A DNA stretch of 20,959 bases from Candidatus Krumholzibacteriia bacterium (GTDB lineage: Bacteria; Krumholzibacteriota; Krumholzibacteriia; WVZY01). Location: positions 1 to 20,959 of the forward strand of contig JAZGDW010000175.1 in the NCBI GenBank assembly GCA_036478295.1, given 5' to 3'. The translations under genes and the position numbers were made by a program. This document shows, piece by piece, positions 17,430 through 20,959 of this stretch. The notes under the pieces were generated by a model. That model ran no database searches and was not told the origin of the DNA. It worked only from the letters and a program-made list of their open reading frames with translations. Each line of letters starts with the position of its first letter. Position 1 is the stretch's first letter.

Positions 17430-18503
17430 ATGAACATCGGTATCATCGGCTTGCCGCAAACCGGCAAGAAGTCCCTTTTCGAGCTCCTCGCGGGACCTGG
17501 GACGGCGCGCGGGCGTGGCGAGGGGCGCAAGACCGTCCGGGGAGTGGCGGAGGTGCAGGATCCCCGCTTGGATCGCCTCGTCTCCATCTACTCACCGAAG
17601 AAGCAGTCGCGCGCCCGCATGGACATCCTGCTGCCGCCGACCATCGAGGAACGCGCCGTAACCGAGGGTGATATTTTCCGCGACCTGGCGGAAGTAGAGG
17701 TCTTCTGCCACGTGGTGCGCGCGTTCGCCAACGACGCGGTCTACCACGTGTCTGGATCGGTGGACCCGGGGCGTGACATCGCGTTCGTCAATACGGAATT
17801 CGTGTTGCACGATCACCTCTTCATCGAGAAACGACTCAAGCGACTCGACAAGGACCTCATGAAGAAAAAGGACGACGCGGGAAAACGGGAAAAAGAGCTG
17901 CTTCTCAAACTAGGAGAACTGCTCGAAAAAGAACAGCCGCTGCGGCAGGTGCACATACCACCCGAAGAGGAAAAGATAATCAAAAGCTACCCGCTGCTCT
18001 CGAGGCGCAAAATGATTGTGGTCCTGAACGTGTCCGACAGCGATGTCGGCGACCACGCGCTGCTCGAAGCGATGAGCGAGCGGTTTTCGAACTCCGGCAT
18101 CATGATGGTGCAGGTCGCCGCGGAGATGGAGCTGGAGATCGCCGCGCTCGAGACCGTGGGGGAGCGCGACGAGTTCATGCGCGAGATGGGTATCGAGGAC
18201 ACGGCGCTTCATCTGTTGACCGCGCAGTGTGTCGAGGCGCTGGGGTTGTTGTCTTTTTTTACCGCCGCCCCGAACGAGGTGCGGCAGTGGTTTCTACGGC
18301 GCGGAGCGTACGCCGTGGACGCGGCCGCGCAGGTCCACACCGATCTCGCCCGCGGATTCATACGCGCGGAAGTCATTTCCTACGCGGACCTGGACGAGCT
18401 GGGCAGTGAGGAAGCGGTGAAGGCAGCGGGCAAGCTCGCCGTGAAGGGCCGCGACTATGTCGTCAACGACGGCGATACCCTGTTTATCCGATTCAATGTC
18501 TGA
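17430..18503 (+). CDS. YchF/Ola1-family homologue (DUF933/TGS C-terminus) with degenerate NTPase motifs
   Basis: GIIGLP, D.RL..L, HVVRAF, DP.RDI, FFTA, VHTDLARGFIRAEV, GRDYVVNDGD, FNV*; SD GGAGG before ATG 17430. G1-G3 are non-canonical. Confidence 0.92.
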   Translation: MNIGIIGLPQTGKKSLFELLAGPGTARGRGEGRKTVRGVAEVQDPRLDRLVSIYSPKKQSRARMDILLPPTIEERAVTEGDIFRDLAEVEVFCHVVRAFANDAVYHVSGSVDPGRDIAFVNTEFVLHDHLFIEKRLKRLDKDLMKKKDDAGKREKELLLKLGELLEKEQPLRQVHIPPEEEKIIKSYPLLSRRKMIVVLNVSDSDVGDHALLEAMSERFSNSGIMMVQVAAEMELEIAALETVGERDEFMREMGIEDTALHLLTAQCVEALGLLSFFTAAPNEVRQWFLRRGAYAVDAAAQVHTDLARGFIRAEVISYADLDELGSEEAVKAAGKLAVKGRDYVVNDGDTLFIRFNV

Positions 18504-19698
18504 TCCCGCCACACCGACCGTTCGATTGAAGAAAGGACGCGAGAAGAGCGTGGCCCGCCGCCACCCGTGGATCTTCTCGGGCGCTGTCTCGCGTATCGAG
18601 GGGGAGCCGGGGCCGGGGGACGTGGTGCGGGTGATGAGCGGCGACGGTGCGTTCCTGGCCTGGGGGTATTTCAACCGCGAGTCGCAGTTGCAGGTGCGGG
18701 TTCTGGATCGCGACCCGTCCAGTGTCATCGACGATGGGTGGTGGCGGCGGCGTCTCGACCTGGCCATCCAGCGGCGCGCCGGGCTGCCGGGACTCGAAGC
18801 CACCAACATGTGCCGCCTGGTGCACGCGGAGGCGGACGGTCTGCCGGGACTCATTGTCGATCGTTACGGTGACTTTCTCGTCGTGCAATCACTGACGGCG
18901 GGGATCGAGCGGGTGAAGCCGCTGCTCGGCGAGTTGCTCGGCGAGCTGTGCAAGCCACGGGGCATATACGAGCGGAGCGACAGCGACGGACGCCGCATGG
19001 AGGGGCTGTCCCCCGCGGCGGGACCGGTTGCCGGAGAGACGCCCCCCAAAACCATCAAGGCGCACGAGGGGGGAGTGAAGTTTGTCGTCGACGTGGAGTC
19101 GGGGCACAAGACCGGTTTCTATCTGGATCAGAGGGACAATCGCCGGGCGGTGGCGCGATACGCTACAGGCAGGAGCGTGCTCGACCTCTTCTCCTACTCC
19201 GGCGGTTTCGGGCTCTACGCGTTGGCCGCGGGCGCCCGCTCCGCCACCATGGTGGACTCTTCCGCGGGCGCGCTGGCGCTGGCCCGACAGAACGCCGAGT
19301 TGAACGGCCTCGCGACCGGCGACATAGAATTCGTAGAGGGCAACGCGTTCGATCTCGTGCGGTCGTATCGCGACGCCGCCAAACACTACGATCTGATTAT
19401 TGTCGACCCGCCGAGATTCGCCCAGACCCGGGCGCAGGCATCCAAAGCCGAACGGGCGTACAAGGACATCAACCTGGTGGCGATGAAGCTGCTCTCGCCG
19501 GGAGGTATCCTGGCGACATTTTCGTGTTCGGGCGCCGTGGGCGCAGAGAACTTCTCGCGGGTCATCGCCTGGTCAAGTCTGGACGCGGGGCGCGATCTCC
19601 AGATTATCGAGCGGTTGTCGCAGGGCTGCGACCATCCGGTCAACCCGCTTTTTCCCGAATCACAGTATCTCACCGGCCTGATCTGCAGAGTGTCGTGA
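18496..19698 (+). CDS. rlmI: Class I SAM-dependent rRNA methyltransferase, RlmI-like (23S m5C1962)
   Basis: RRHPWIFSGA (PUA-like), EADGLPGLIVDRY, GHKTGFYLDQRDNR, LDLFSYSGGF, DPPRF, TFSCS, DHP....PE..YL. Confidence 0.92.
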   Translation: MSDPATPTVRLKKGREKSVARRHPWIFSGAVSRIEGEPGPGDVVRVMSGDGAFLAWGYFNRESQLQVRVLDRDPSSVIDDGWWRRRLDLAIQRRAGLPGLEATNMCRLVHAEADGLPGLIVDRYGDFLVVQSLTAGIERVKPLLGELLGELCKPRGIYERSDSDGRRMEGLSPAAGPVAGETPPKTIKAHEGGVKFVVDVESGHKTGFYLDQRDNRRAVARYATGRSVLDLFSYSGGFGLYALAAGARSATMVDSSAGALALARQNAELNGLATGDIEFVEGNAFDLVRSYRDAAKHYDLIIVDPPRFAQTRAQASKAERAYKDINLVAMKLLSPGGILATFSCSGAVGAENFSRVIAWSSLDAGRDLQIIERLSQGCDHPVNPLFPESQYLTGLICRVS

Positions 19699-19762
19699 CA
19701 GTCGCCTACCGGTAGCGTGTCGTGACGGCCGGACGGTCGGCCACCGTAGCGTGTCGTGACGG
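19690..19762 (+). repeat. Short direct repeats at and after the rlmI 3' end
   Basis: GTGTCGTGAC at 19690, 19717 and 19751; 17-mer GTAGCGTGTCGTGACGG at 19712-19728 and 19746-19762. Confidence 0.8.
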
Positions 19763-19825
19763 ACAGCCGGCCGGCCGCCTTGACCATGTAGCGCGCTGCC
19801 TGAGGTAGCGACGGCGAGAAACCGC

Positions 19826-19854
19826 TTGACCTCCCGGGCGGTGTTACCTAGAAT
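19826..19854 (+). promoter_or_regulatory. Putative sigma70 promoter for the ABC transporter operon
   Basis: TTGACC (19826-19831), 17 bp spacer, TAGAAT (19849-19854), then a GC-rich discriminator GCGCCCC. Confidence 0.65.
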
Positions 19855-20000
19855 GCGCCCCAAGTAAGTGCCTCTTAACCCGTTGTGTTTTTTGTTTTGA
19901 CGGAATCGCACGGAGGCCCGTGCACGGGGGGGTTCAAAGTCGATTGCGAACCCTGAGAACTCTTCAGAGCCCCCTCGATTCTCCCCGGTGCGCAACATCT

Positions 20001-20959
20001 ATGGCTGCTCGTTTTCGTCTCACGGCTACCACGACCGCGCTTCTCTTCTCGTTAGTTGTTCTTCTCTCGTGTGGCAAATCTTCCGAGGAACAGGCGGCTG
20101 CCGGCGGCAGTCTGGTCGTCGGCATCTTGAGCGAGCCGAACACGCTCAATCCGCTCGCGGCCAGGTCGACGCAGGCCCACGATATCATTAACCTGCTGTT
20201 TCTCAAACTGCTCGACGAGCAGAGCGATTTCCTCAACTTCGCGCCGCGGCTGGCGACGCGCTGGACGTATAGCGAGGACAGCCTGTCCATCACCTTTGAC
20301 CTGCGGCGCGACGTGCGCTGGCATGACGGCGAGCCGGTGACCGCCGCGGACGTGCGCCATACCTGGATGTTGCAGACGGATGAGGATGTTGCCTGGGCGA
20401 GCCGCAGCATCAAGCAGGGGATTCGCGACGTCGAGGTGACCGGCGACCATACGGTCGTGTTTCATTTCAACAACCGGTACCCGTATCAGCTCATGGACGC
20501 CAACGACGGGGTCATACTGCCGCGGCATTTGACCCGGGATATTCCGAGAGAACAATTTCAAGCGGCGAAGTTCGGACGGATGCCGGTCGGCAACGGGCCG
20601 TACCGCCTCGCGCGGTGGGTACCGGTCCAGCTCATCGAGCTGGAAAAGAACCCGGACTATTATGACAAGGATGCGCCGCGGCTCGCGCGCGTGGTCTTTC
20701 GCATCGTCAGCGAGATGACCACACTGGTGTCGATGCTGAAGACTGGTGAGATCGACTGTCTCGAATCGTTGCCGCCCGATGTGGCCAAAGACCTCGAAGC
20801 GAAGCAGCCCGACATTAAGATCTACCGCTTTCCGTCACGCACCATGGACTTCATCGCGTGGAACCTCGAGCATGACCTGTTCCGGGACCGTGAGGTTCGC
20901 CGGGCGTTGGCCATGGCCATCAATATTCCCGAAATGATCCAGACGCTGTGGGGAGGCAT
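20001..20959 (+). CDS. Peptide/nickel ABC transporter substrate-binding lipoprotein, family 5 (OppA/DppA-like), 3' truncated by window
   Basis: Not in track (no stop in window). MAARFRLTATTTALLFSLVVLLSC (lipobox) ...GGSLVVGILSEPNTLNP...PRLATRW...TFDLRRDVRWHDGEPVTAADV...PVGNGPYR...VRRALAMAI. Confidence 0.95.
   Translation, partial: MAARFRLTATTTALLFSLVVLLSCGKSSEEQAAAGGSLVVGILSEPNTLNPLAARSTQAHDIINLLFLKLLDEQSDFLNFAPRLATRWTYSEDSLSITFDLRRDVRWHDGEPVTAADVRHTWMLQTDEDVAWASRSIKQGIRDVEVTGDHTVVFHFNNRYPYQLMDANDGVILPRHLTRDIPREQFQAAKFGRMPVGNGPYRLARWVPVQLIELEKNPDYYDKDAPRLARVVFRIVSEMTTLVSMLKTGEIDCLESLPPDVAKDLEAKQPDIKIYRFPSRTMDFIAWNLEHDLFRDREVRRALAMAINIPEMIQTLWGG

Noticed and set aside
19690..19762. Mini-CRISPR array
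   Set aside because: Repeats (10-17 bp) and spacers (17 bp) are too short, one copy lies inside a CDS, and no cas genes are present.

Overview
GC-rich bacterial chromosomal window, probably FCB-superphylum (Krumholzibacteria/Latescibacteria/Eisenbacteria-like); this taxonomy is inferred only from a secreted protein with a 'NFPNPFNPTTTIRF' FlgD-Ig/T9SS-type tail. The first ~530 bp are the edge of an integrative element: the 3' end of a tyrosine integrase, a 54-nt 3' fragment of tRNA-Thr(CGT), and matching AGTGTAA arm-like repeats on both sides of that fragment, which resembles attP. A minus-strand cluster follows (YbhB/YbcL protein, THEP1-type NTPase lacking a canonical start codon, small membrane protein). 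The plus strand then carries TetR-TolC-RND with no periplasmic adaptor, an orphan membrane protein coupled to a secreted MBL-fold hydrolase, a DUF885 lipoprotein, an FG-GAP/ASPIC-UnbV protein and three-gene pntAA-pntAB-pntB. After that come a Rieske ferredoxin, a YchF homologue with degenerate G1/G2/G3 motifs overlapping an RlmI-like methyltransferase, and the start of a family-5 ABC substrate-binding lipoprotein. All assignments are by motif recognition; no searches were run.
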